A DNA stretch of 64,000 nucleotides from positions 68,294 through 132,293 of the forward strand of contig BFEA01000039.1 in the NCBI GenBank assembly GCA_003427395.1. Direction: 5' to 3'. Under the pieces are notes generated by a model. The model saw only the letters and a program-made list of their open reading frames with translations, searched no databases and was not told where the DNA came from. Position numbers and translations under genes: made by a program. Shown one piece after another: positions 12,071 through 23,785 of the stretch (position 1 is its first letter; every line of letters begins with the position of its first letter). The DNA is from Chara braunii. Taxonomy: Eukaryota > Plantae > Charophyceae.

Positions 12071-12244
12071 CTGCAGAAACAAAAGCACCCCTGTTGAACA
12101 TATCACTACAAGGAATGATGAACGCACTAGTTCTGGCAGTCCCAAACACTCAATGTACATTTGTATCTATATTCACTTGTGGAAAATTAGTAAATTACTA
12201 CGGAAGGCCAAACAAAAAAACAGCGCATGTCGCAGGAAACATAC

Positions 12245-12783
12245 CTCCTAACTAGCTCTGGCCATGTCGTCGAGTCAAGAAGCCGTGCCCAGCGAGCAAG
12301 GGTCTCTTCACTCACACCTGCTCCCTCCCGACCACCGGGGTTCTGCCCGGCTCCAATGTCAAGCAATGCCCTAAGAAGACTCACATACAGATCCCCCAAA
12401 ATATGGCTTCTGCTAGAAATGCTGACTGCAGTCATGAATTGAACAAGGCCCGGCTGTGGGCACTTCAGCTTCTTTCCAACACCTTGGCAGAAGTCCCACA
12501 CTTCCAGCATAGTCCCAAACAACCAAGGTGTCAACTTTCCAGGACCAAAGGCACTAGCTATGAGAAGCCGCTCTACAGGCCGCGGCTTCGGACACTGCTG
12601 TTTAACTGAGGCTAGGCAAGGGGCACCCTCTATGCCTGATGCAGCCTCATTTGCTTCTTCTTCATCCTGTAGCTCCAGATCCTCCACGGGATATTGCCAG
12701 TTCCTCCGTTTTGCCATCATCCTTTCTTTCCTTCTCCTCTCCCGCTCCTCCACACGGTGCCTGAACTTCTCTTCCCGGTCTTC
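12245..12783 (-). CDS. Exon of PHD-DDT-WHIM1 chromatin protein: DDT domain
   Basis: TTACAG|GAA...AG|GTATGT boundaries; YPVEDLEL...FGTMLEVWDFC...F..AV...ILGDLYVSLLRALL...LDSTTWPELVR is a DDT signature. Confidence 0.85.
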
Positions 12784-13062
12784 CTGTAACGGCACAGTCA
12801 TTTGCAAATAGCAAGGTGTTATCACTGTTATGTGCCTGATTCAGGCTGATTGAAAACAAATCCAGCATTCACACGTTCCCATACACATGGGCAATCACAA
12901 GTAGACTTGGAGAGAGCAATGCACACCAATCCAGATTATGAGAATACACAGCGAAGGCTCACAAATCCCAAACACAGCATTGATTTCAATCAACTCTTAG
13001 TGATACCGTTTCCCCCAGGGTTGCATACCTGCCAACCGCCGACTGTTTTGCAGCCGACCAGA

Positions 13063-13954
13063 AGTAGGACTGGTTTCGTAGAGGCCGAGTAGGCCCTAAC
13101 TGAACCGGTACCGGTAGGTCCTAGGCTAGAGTAGTGCAGAATCTACACGTAGGTTAGGATAGGACTGTTGGGGACTTTTTGGCAGTTGATTTTTCGCGAT
13201 ACAGCGTTTTGGAGCCAAGGAGGTTGGGAACGGCGATTGTCTGCAGGCGGTACCCTGAGACCCTCACCGTGGACAGCAGCCATAGCCAGCCTGCTGAGGG
13301 CTTGCCATAGCTGGGGCATCCCCTGCGCATCAACCCCTGTGGGTTTCTGCGAGTGGCTGGGCTGTGTGGAGACTCCTCACTGAGTCTATGTGGGTGGCGG
13401 CAGCCATAGCTGTCNNNNNNNNNNNNNNNNNNNNNNNNNNNNNNNNNNNNNNNNNNNNNNNNNNNNNNNNNNNNNNNNNNNNNNNNNNNNNNNNNNNNNN
13501 NNNNNNNNNNNNNNNNNNNNNNNNNNNNNNNNNNNNNNNNNNNNNNNNNNNNNNNNNNNNNNNNNNNNNNNNNNNNNNNNNNNNNNNNNNNNNNNNNNNN
13601 NNNNNNNNNNNNNNNNNNNNNNNNNNNNNNNNNNNNNNNNNNNNNNNNNNNNNNNNNNNNNNNNNNNNNNNNNNNNNNNNNNNNNNNNNNNNNNNNNNNN
13701 NNNNAGTGTGTATTCCAATTGTTATCTTCGCAGGTTCTTTCTTGTGATTGGTTGTTGGGAGTATCGTCAGAGCGTGAGAAACACTGTGTGTCCTCTCCCC
13801 ATCTGTGCATGGTTGTGCTTCCGCTATCTTCTCTGATCTGTGTGCAGTTTGGACTCTGTCTCCTCTCCCCCTTTTCTTATGCATGTATGGGCATGTATGA
13901 GACTGTCTGTGTGTGAGTGGCGGTAAAAATCGTCAGACAACCAAGTTCATAACA
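13063..13954 (+). repeat. 5' LTR (shared portion; contains assembly gap)
   Basis: Matches 20897-21736 with about 13 substitutions and a 6-bp indel over ~600 called bases (manual count); ends ...GTTCATAACA. Confidence 0.93.
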
Positions 13955-13956
13955 GC

Positions 13957-13968
13957 TGGTATCGGAGC
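13957..13968 (+). promoter_or_regulatory. Primer binding site, tRNA-iMet type
   Basis: TGGTATCGGAGC 2 nt after the LTR end (canonical TGGTATCAGAGC). Confidence 0.9.
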
Positions 13969-15496
13969 GAGATTGGAATTGGAGCACTGCGGGTTGAGTG
14001 CAAAGGGCATCTTCTTCATCCTGGCGATATACTGGCGAGAGTCTCATGACGATTCATCTTCCCCAGTACTGAGTCAGCAGGGAAGAAGACTTCAAGCGGT
14101 GGATTCAGGAGTTCAGTGCTTGTACCGAGCAAGCGCACTAAGCCTGTCAGAGCGCTTGTTTGAAAGTGGCGAGAACAGGGCCAATTCGCCATAGCCAACC
14201 CTGGGGGTAGGGTTGCGAAGTACCCCTGAGCGGCGAATTACCCCTGGAGACTTTAGGGATTGCTGAGCGGCTTCATCCCTGAGCAGCGCTGAGGGAGATT
14301 GTCAGTCTATGTCAATCTCAGGAGAGAATAACCCCATCTGGGGCTATTTATAGTATCAGCGGATCTCAGGTCCTGTGGCGAGATTTTATCAGATGCCGTT
14401 TTGGGGTGCCACAGGGCCAGATTCAGTGAATCTGACTAAAGGGAGGGCAGCGCTTCAGGATCCTGAACAGGATCAACAACTTTGAAGTGGTTCTGTGCGT
14501 GGAAGACAGAGGAAGAAGCTCTGGAAGAAATTGGCGAAGTGAGGGTACCAGTCTGCCATAGCCAGATCTTCACCAAGCTCTGCGGAGAACTCTGAAAGTG
14601 AGTCCGTTCCATGCACCTACCTGTATAGCGATTCAAATAGTTAGTAATTATGGTCTATCTGTCTGTCAGTGACTGGATGTGAAAACCGCAGACCGCATGA
14701 CAGCCATAGCCATCGCTCTCCTATCTTCCTCTGCTCATTTCTCACCCTCTGTTGACTCTTTTCTGTCCAAAATTGTTTTGTGACTGCCTGACTGTATTGC
14801 GATTGATTCTGGATGCTCAGACTGTGAATTCGGTACTGGAAAGGTGGTGATACGGTGAATTAGTTTTGCGCTGAGTCTAATTATAGCTTGTGCTACCTAG
14901 GGTCAGCCACAACTTCAATTCTAACCGTCAGAATTCAGTTTTGTCAATTCCCAACAAATCGCAATTCAAAAACAGTCATTCCGACAGAATCGCTTGGTTG
15001 GATTTCTAGTATTTCACTGGAAACAGTGAATATTGTACTTCGTCATACCCTAGTGTATGGCTGCCAGAGTCATCAGGGCCGAAAAATGAGTTTGAGCTAG
15101 GATCCAGGGTCTCTGACTGAATCGCTTTGCTTATTTGATCTTTCTAGTCTGTACTTGCCATGTTCTATCATTCCCACTGGTTACTCTTGCTTTCTAGTGG
15201 GCTCTGGAAATCTAGTGTGTCTCTAGAAGAGTAGTGAACTGTGTTTACTAACTCCAGTGTGGTGCAGGGTATTGATTTTGTTGGACTGTCTATCTGACCA
15301 CTGACCCCAGAGAAACAGTTCCAACCCAAACCGGTTGTTTCCCAATCACCCACCTGACTTCTGTGCATGAGTTGGCAGCGATTTCTGAGTATCTGAAGGG
15401 ATCTGTACATCGCTTCATACTCTCTGCTGTTTGTCTATTTGTGTGTTCTAAAAGCGGAAAATGGTTGATCCAAGCGCTTAGCAGCAGCAGCCACAG

Positions 15497-17070
15497 GTGG
15501 AAGTGGTCATGAAGGTGGAAGGTGCACAATCTTCTACCTCCACTCCTACTACCCCTCTGACTGCTACTCAGCGGCGAAAGAAGGAGATCCAGGAAAGATT
15601 GCAGCAGGAACAGGCCCTGCTTGACGAAGTGGAGAGACAGGAGGCAGCCGAGCTAGAGGCTGCAACAGATGCTTCACGAAAGGAGTATCTGTTGGAGCAG
15701 CTTGGCAAGGCTGTGTCTGATGACCACTGCTCCCAGGTGAATAAGAACTTGGCGGAGTGGGCTCTTCTGGAGCACAAGACCACGACTTCTTATTTCACTA
15801 ACTGGGATGACCGTATAGGTCGTCTGGAGCGCAGGGTGGATGACCTGGCAGCTCAGCAGTCCAAGATCCTGACAGCAATCCAGGATCTAACTGCTCAGCT
15901 GAAAGCAGCCAAACTGATCGTTCCCTTGTCTCCTGTTCTCTTAGCAAAACCCAAACCTTCCTCCTCTCCCTCTTCAACCCCCTCTGTTTCACGCCATTCT
16001 TCCCTTCACCACCTCTTTCCCAAAAAGCTACAGCCCGACCATCTTATGCATCTGTTGCTGTAGGAAACCAGAGAGGTCCCAAGATCCCATCTTCCAACAA
16101 GTTCAGAGGGGATGACCAAAAGACTGATGTTGGGGGCTGGGCTGTTGGGACCCGAGCCTACTTGAGGGGCGTCTGTGCAGAGCAGACTAAGGTGGCCACG
16201 ATTCTGGGACTGCTGGAGGGACCCGCTCTGAAGTGGGCGACCTCAACTTCCAGCAGTCAGCAGCAGTCTATGGAAGACTGGGCTTTTGGGATGGGGGTGG
16301 ACAAACTTTTGCAGGCCCTAGAGGACCGCTTTGCGGACGAGGAGCGGGCCCGCAAAGCTGCTCACAAGATTGCTCGCTTGGGGCAGCAGCGCTACAACGG
16401 TACCCTGCAATCCTTGTTTGCAGAGTGCGAGCAGCTTACCTCTACCCCTGGGTTGGTCATGTCCACTGATGATTTGCTGACCAACTTCTGCAGGGCAACG
16501 CCTGAGGAGTTTGTCGTTGCTTTGTACAGCGCTGAGCACAAGGACTGGAGATCCTTTGGCCGCGCAGCCCTGGACATGGAGGCCAAACTTCATGTTTAGG
16601 CCCCCTCCTCTGATAGGAGGAAAGGTGCCTTCCCTCATGGTGGTATAAAGGGAAAGGCAGCCTTCACACATGCAGGATCTGCGTCAGCTTCTGATTCAGA
16701 TTCCCAGGCTGATACACCATCAGCTGGGACTGGACCAGCTGCTGAAACACATGTTGCAGCGGCCCTGACTCAGGCTGTTTTGGGAGTTCTGCAGCAGCAG
16801 AAGAAGTTTTCCCCCACCACAGCCTCAGCCAGTGCAAAGGGGAAGGACAAAGGACGTCGACCTTCCTCTTCCCAGCGCCCTAATCTGCCCAAAGACGTCC
16901 ATATGCCAGCAGACCCTCTCAATCCCTCCACTCTCCCCTGGCATGACCTCAAGATCCCGGAGGGAGTGTGGAGAAGAAGAAAGGAACGAGGGGTCTGCCT
17001 GAGATGTGAGGGACAACACTTTTTGAAGGACTGCCCTTACATGCCAGGCCCAGGACAGTCAAAAAATTGA
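15497..17070 (+). pseudogene. gag: gag (coiled coil, retrotransposon capsid, CX2CX3HX4C knuckle), disrupted
   Basis: LLEGPALKW...ALEDRF capsid motif; CLRCEGQHFLKDC; split over three ORFs by a frameshift and a stop. Confidence 0.85.
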
Positions 17071-20000
17071 AGCAAACCCTGGGGACTGCAGTTCCCCCCA
17101 GTGCTGCATCTTCATCTGCCCAGGTAGGTGAACCTGCAGCTGTTTCAGTTGAGACTGATTGTGTGAGTTTGGGGACTGCACGGGCAGCATCCTTCTGCTA
17201 TGAGGATCCTGACCCGGATCAGGACCCGGGGCAGGATGAGCTTCAGTCACTTGCTGCTTTCTTCCTTCATCTGAAGGAACAAAAGAAAAGCAAGTCTGAT
17301 CTCATCCTACTTCGGTCCTTGATCAACCACAGCAGGATCAAAGGGTTGTTGGATTGTGGAGCCACCAAAAACTTCATATCTCCCTGTGCTGTTAAGAAAC
17401 TGCATCTGGGGATGAAAGTTCAACAGTTGCAGCAACCTTTGCTGGTCGGAATAGGTGACTCCACAGTGCTCACCATCAGGGAGAAAGTCAAGGGTATCCC
17501 TGTGACTTTCGATAGTGCTGGCGAAGTCAGACATAGTCTGAACTTCTACATATTCCTTGACCTACCCTTTGACCTGGTGTTTTCTATGCAGTGGTTGAGG
17601 GCAGTCAACCCTAGGATCGACTGGCAGATTCCTAGAGTTGAACTATCAAACAGCCAGGGGGTGTATCAGCCATGCATGATAGTTGCTGATCATCACCCTA
17701 AGACCTCCTGCTACTGCTTACGAGCGAGGGAGTTCCATGCCCTCTCACGCCAATACCACCATGAGCGTCTATTTATTGCTCTGGTCAAGCAAACAGATGC
17801 TCCTCCTGTCACCTGTCCTCCTGAGATACAGCAGGTGGTCGATCAGGGTTACCTAACCGGCCAACCAAACATCGGATTGAGCTACTACCTGGGGCGGTCC
17901 CTCCGAAGGGCCGCGTCTACAGGATGTCCCCTGCTGAGCTTGAGGAGCTAAAAAAGCAGCTTGAGACCCTTACCAGCAGGGGCTGGATCAGGCCTAGCAC
18001 TTCTGAATTTGGTGCACCAGTTCACTTTGTGCCGAAAGGGAACGTCGAGTTCAGAATGTGCATTGACTACAGGGGTCTCAACAAGATCACTAGGAAGAGT
18101 ACAGAGCCACTTCCTAGGATCGATGACCTTCTGGATATGGTGCAGGGCTGCACAGTGTTCAGCAAAGTCGACCTCAAATCTGGGTACCACCAGATTGAGA
18201 AGGCCGAGGAGGACGTCTACAAGACAGCCTTCAAGACCAGGTATGGTACTTACGAGTTTCTGGTCATGCCATTTGGACTTTGCAATGCCCCAGGTACCTT
18301 CCAGACAGAGATGCACCGCATCTTCAGGCCTTACCTAGACAAGTTCATGGTTGTCTACCTGGATGACATCCTGGTATTCAGCAGAACTGCCAAGGAACAT
18401 GCGGAGCGCTTGGCTTTGGTCCTTCAGTCGTTACGTGACAGCCAGTACAAGATCAACAGAGAGAAATCCTCCTTTGGAGTTCCCTCTGTCATCTACCTGG
18501 GTCATGTAATCTCTGGAGATGGCCTGGCTCCTGAAGCAGCCAAGATAGTTGTTATTCAGGAGTGGCCTCAGCCTCAGACAGTGAGGGATGTCAGGTCCTT
18601 CATGGGTCTAGCCTCCTACTACAGAAAGTTTGTCAGAAACTTTTCTGCAGTGGCTGCACCCCTGACCAACCTAACAAAGAAGGACACTCCTTTTCTTTGG
18701 TCCCTCCACTGTCAGCTGGCCTTCACACGACTCAAGAAGGCCTTGACTTGTGCACCTGTGCTGAAGTTGCCTGACCCCACTCTGCCATTCATCCTAACCA
18801 CTGACGCTAGTCGGTATGGCATTGGGGCAGTTCTTCAGCAGGATGATGGGAATGGGCCTGTAGAGTTTATGAGTAAGAATATCAAAACTCAAAAGCTTCA
18901 GGACTCCACCTACGAGAAAAAGTTATATGCTCTTGCCTGTGCCCTGAAACATAGGAAGCACTTTCTCCTGGGAAGACACTTGAAGATCTTCTCAGATCAC
19001 TCCACCCTACAGTGGATGAAGTCCCAAGGAGAGCTGAACAATAAGTTGGCACGGTACATTCAGTTCATAGACATGTTCGACTTTGAACTGAAACATAAGA
19101 AGGGCTACTACAACAAGGTAGCAGATGCCCTCTCTCGTAGGCCTGACTCTTTTGCAGTGATCTCCTCTACTCACTCCTTTGGAGAGGAGACCCGTCAGAC
19201 CATTGCTCATCTACTGCCTCAGGACCCGACTTTCAGACCCATAGTCAGGAACCTGCAAGCAGATCCTAACTCTAAACCAGGCTATGCTCCGAGTTCAGAT
19301 CTGCTATATACCTACAGCAGAGGGGAGGAGCGCCTGTGCATTCCCCAGGATCAGCGGCTCAGGACACTACTGATGTCAGAGGACACTACTAATGTCAGAG
19401 TGTCATGATGCCCGTGGACATTTTGGGTTCCTAAAGTCATATGCAGCCCTGTCGCAACGCTTCTTCTGGAGGGAGATGCGGAGTGATATGCTGCGCTATG
19501 TGGAAACCTGCGAACTCTGCCAAAGGAATAAGGTCCAGCGTAAGCCTCCTCTGGGACTGCTCAAACCCTTACCCATACCTGATGGCCCTGCTGAATCTGT
19601 GTCTATAGACTTCACAGATTTAGGCAAGACCACTCCTTGTGGCATGCGTCAGGTTATGGTCTGCGTTGACAGGTTCTCCAAATACGCAGAGTTCATCCCC
19701 TTGCCAGAAGTAGCTAGAGTTTCGGCTGTGAGAGCAGCCTTTTCAGAGAGGTGGGTCACACACCATGGACCGCCCACTTCTATAGTCAGTGATCGAGACC
19801 CCATATTTTGCAGCGATGAGTGGCAGTCCTACTGTAAGAACCATCTACACTCACGATTGGACATGACTTCTGGTCATCATCCTGAAGCCAATGGTCTGGC
19901 TGAAGTGATGAACCAAGTCTTATTCCAATTGTTGCGTCCTGTCATCTCTCCAGATCAGCGGACTGGGATCTTCACTTGGCTCGAGCACAGCTTGTGTATA

Positions 20001-20678
20001 ACATGTCTGTCCGTCCTCGACTGGGTTCAGTCCATACAGATTGCACTGGGGACGTGAGCCACGACATCCTCTCAATGATATCATCGATAAGGCTAAGTCT
20101 GATCTGACTCCAGGCACCGCAGAGTTTATCAGACGCTACCGCATAGATGTGGAAAAAGCACGGGGGAACTTGTTCAAAGCCCAAAAGGCGATGATTGAAC
20201 AAGCTAATCGCCACAGGCGGCCTTCCCCCATCCGCACTGGTGATCATGTTTGGGTAGCCAGTTTTGAGTTGTCGAGGGAGGAGGATATCTCCCCCAAGTT
20301 GTTGCCTCGTTACCTGGGTCCATGGCAGGTCTTAGATACAGTGGGCGCTGATCCATTCAGTCCATCCTATGTCATCGACGTCCCGTCTTCCATGCATCTA
20401 AACTGCTTCCCTTCACTCCAGCTGATGCATTCCCAGACCGGCCCCCTCAGTTTGGTCCACTGATCCCTGGCAAGGGATATGACGTGGAATGGATTGAGGA
20501 TGAGTGGGGCACAGGCCCCGATCGACAGTATCTTGTGAGGTTCGCATTCCGGCCTCCTTATGAGAACAGATGGTTCTACAGAAGGGAACTTCTCAAGACA
20601 GCAAAGTCAGTTGTTTTACGATATGAAGCGGCTCAGAAGGGGAACCTTCCTCGCCGTTCACCTCGTCTTCATCCCTAG
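17067..20678 (+). pseudogene. pol: pol: aspartic protease, RT, RNase H, integrase, chromodomain; frameshifted
   Basis: LLDCGAT; RMCIDYRGLN, VMPFGL, YLDDIL; TDAS..GIGAVL; H..GH...C..C, SIDF, IVSDRD, NGLAE; KLLPRYLGPW; QYLVRF...ENRW. A 19-bp duplication (19362-19399) causes one frameshift. Confidence 0.95.
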
Positions 20679-20896
20679 CTCGGACGTCCTCGCTCCCCGG
20701 GGGAGTAAGCCTGGAATGACTTGCTGATTTCGACTGCTGAGACTGACTTGCGCGGTTGTACAGTGCGCTATGTGCTTTGCTGTGTTTTTTTGGTTTGCAC
20801 TGAGGGTCGCCCGCTATTCTAAAAATAGTTGGGATTAACAGCGGCAGGGGCTGAGTGGTTACAGGCCCTAAGTGGCCCTGAGCCCTAAGTGCAGCA

Positions 20897-21736
20897 GTAG
20901 GACTGGTTTCGTAGAGGCCGAGTAAGCCCTAACTGAACCGGTACCGGTAGGCCCTAGGCTAGAGTAGTGTACAATCTACAAGTAGGTTAGGATAGGACTG
21001 TTGGGGACTTTTTGCCAGTTGATTTTTCGCGCATTTTGGAGCCAAGGAGGTTGGGAACGGCGATTGTCTGCAGGCGGTACCCTGAGACCCTCACTGTGGA
21101 CAGCAGCCATAGCCAGCCTGCTGAGGGCTTGCCATAGCTGGGGCACCCCCTGCGCATCAACCCCTGTGGGTTTCTGCGAGTGGCTGGGCTGTGTGGAGAC
21201 TCCTCACTGAGTCTATGTGGGTGGCGGCAGCCATAGCTGTCNNNNNNNNNNNNNNNNNNNNNNNNNNNNNNNNNNNNNNNNNNNNNNNNNNNNNNNNNNN
21301 NNNNNNNNNNNNNNNNNNNNNNNNNNNNNNNNNNNNNNNNNNNNNNNNNNNNNNNNNNNNNNNNNNNNNNNNNNNNNNNNNNNNNNNNNNNNNNNNNNNN
21401 NNNNNNNNNNNNNNNNNNNNNNNNNNNNNNNNNNNNNNNNNNNNNNNNNNNNNNNNNNNNNNNNNNNNNNNNNNNNNNNNNNNNNNAGTGTGTATTCCAA
21501 TTGTTATCTTCGCAGGTTCTTTCTTGTGATTGGTTGTTGGGAGTATCGTCAGAGCGTGAGAAACACTGTGTGTCCTCTCCCAATCTGTGCATGGTTGTGC
21601 TTCCGCTATCTTCTCTGATCTGTGTGCAGTTTGGACTATGTCTCCTCTCCCCCTTCTCTTATGCATGTATGGGCGTGTATGAGACTGTCTGTGTGTGAGT
21701 GGCGGTAAAAATCGTCAGACAACCAAGTTCATAACA
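20897..21736 (+). repeat. 3' LTR (shared portion; may begin ~20706 after a G-rich PPT-like tract)
   Basis: Direct repeat of 13063-13954. Confidence 0.93.
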
Positions 21737-22806
21737 CTTCAATCGAGAGTTTCGATGGCAGCCCTGTCATAACCCCGACAGAGACACACGAGGAGGAAAG
21801 CATCCAACCGCTCTTAGGGCCTGGTGCCCCGCACTGTTCTTCTTGAAGCTGGTAGGGCCCCAGCGATGGCCCCCAGCAACATCAAGAGGACGGAGCTCTG
21901 CGCTGATGGAAATAGCGCAGCTCACTTTGAAATGCGACCTCCAGCAGACTCGTGAAAAGAAAAGGCAACGAAAAGACCCCGAACTCCCACGCCAGCCAGA
22001 GTGTTCTGGGTTTCGACCTCCACCTCGACCTAAGATAGGCCGCAAGGACATACGGGCCTACCCAAAAGCAAGCAGAAAAAGACAAATGAAGAAGGCCTAG
22101 TGGTCTTGGACACCTAAGGAGAGGCGCACCAGCAAGTGACAGGTCCAGGGATCAAGCCCCGGAGCACAAAAAAGTTGACAACTAAAAAAAAAAAAACAGG
22201 TTAGTGTACAGCCCGCTGATAGACCTGCAGTTCATCACGAAGGAGTCAACCCAGAAGTGGGCAATGAGATACAACGAAGTGAAAAAGACGATACAGACAA
22301 AGTATACCAACAACGTGGATGATGATATGGTTGCCAGGACCGGTTACATCGATGCAGTCTCATGCGGACATCCAACCAGGAGGAAGAACAGTCGCCAATA
22401 CCTCATACAGGTCAGTTATCTCGAATACAAACCGTTTTTGTGTGGCGTTTAATCTCTTCAAACATTCCACTTGGCCGATCGATGGAGATAGCACACCATG
22501 TGCTCTTGGACAGACATCTGCACATTGGTGAACAGGTTCACAGTTTTCACACTCTATACTTTGATCTCTGCCCTCTAGTCCGTGACCTGTGACAGTTGCT
22601 ACGGGCCCATATTGTTTGTTTTTGGAATTTTTGCTGAATTTTGCACCAAAATTGTCGGCGAAAACAGCGAATTTTGGCCCTCAGTTAACCATCTCTCCCT
22701 GCAGGTTGGTGGATAACAACAGAGCAGTCATAGGTCACGCACGGACTATAGGGCAGAGAGTTTCAAGAAAAATGGGAAAAGACACAGGTAGGGAGCTTCC
22801 TCCCTA

Positions 22807-22911
22807 CCGTCTTCACCCGAATAGAACGCCCGGTCGTTATAGCCGTATTTGAGGCAACTTTCAGTCCAGGTGCCGCCATAATGACCGGGCGTTCTATTCA
22901 GGTGAAGAAGG
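22807..22911. mobile_element. 105-bp hairpin MITE (Tc1/mariner/pogo-like), copy 1
   Basis: ~33-bp terminal inverted repeats CCGTCTTCACCCGAATAGAACGCCCGGTC.TTAT, flanked by CTA/TAG. Confidence 0.85.
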
Positions 22912-22968
22912 TAGGGCGAGGTTAGTTCATTTACTACCACGCGTGAAATAAGTCTGAACTTCTCTGAA

Positions 22969-23193
22969 GGAAGACTTTCTTGGTTCACGAGGGGCTGCCT
23001 TGGTAACAACCACTTGTGTTTCAATTTCTTCAGGTCTGTGTTTCGTAGCTCTTTATGAGGTTGCACTGGGAGCCAGTGCTTGTTATATCTAATTCGCACC
23101 ATGGATTTTGTCAGAACTGTTTGATGCTTCTTGGGGTTTTCTGTTTGATACTCTGACTGTGGTTATGTTAATTGTGGTCACTTTTGTCAGTAG
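22969..23193 (+). pseudogene. nad5: Nuclear mitochondrial insertion (NUMT) of nad5 5' region
   Basis: Translates [71 protein letters not shown], i.e. the plant Nad5 N-terminus; stop at 23090. Confidence 0.92.
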
Positions 23194-23484
23194 AGAGAAG
23201 AGGCACTTCACAAACCAGGGCACAGACAGCATCAGGGCAAGAGGCAAAATGCATAGGCAGGACAATTCCAACCATGAGTGAAGCAATTCCATTTTCTACG
23301 GAGAAAATAAGCTTGCAAGTAGCTTTTCCCACCCCACTAGTAACTTAGTAGTAAGCCTGAAAAATATCCTCCATTCAAGTAGATGGTTGAGGTTGCAGAA
23401 AGTTCCCTACCTGACTCCATCAGACGGAAGAGTTTCAAACAGCTAAAATAGCCCAACAAAACTGACTCTTCAAGACATCAGCTA

Positions 23485-23589
23485 CCGACTTCACCCGAAT
23501 AGAATGCCCGGTCATTATAGCTGTATTTGGCACAACTGTCGGTCCAGCTGCAGCGATAATGACCGGGCGTTCTATTCGGGTGAAGACAG
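23485..23589. mobile_element. 105-bp hairpin MITE, copy 2
   Basis: Same TIRs, CTA/TAG flanks. Confidence 0.85.
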
Positions 23590-23719
23590 TAGTCACTAGC
23601 TCATCCTTCCAGCATCTGAACCTTTTTCACATCAAATGCTGTAAAACCCAACCCATCCTTCGATGGATGTCTTCCAGAGAGAGATCAGAAATAAATTCCA
23701 GCCAAAGAACCTCCTATAC

Positions 23720-23785
23720 CTGCTTCTTTCGCTCCCGCTCCTCTCTTTTCTCCAGTCGATAACGTTCCCTTTCTTCCTTTTCTTC
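23720..23785 (-). CDS. Coiled-coil exon of PHD-DDT-WHIM1 gene
   Basis: TCACAG|66 nt EEKEERERYRLEKREERERKKQ|GTATAG; phase 0-0; joins EDREEKFRHRVEERERRRKE at 12783. Confidence 0.7.

Larger units (their letters stand above)
13063..21736 (+). mobile_element. Ty3/gypsy chromovirus LTR retrotransposon, near full-length, frameshifted
   Basis: Paired LTRs, tRNA-iMet-type PBS, gag, protease, RT, RNase H, integrase and chromodomain in gypsy order. Confidence 0.97.
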
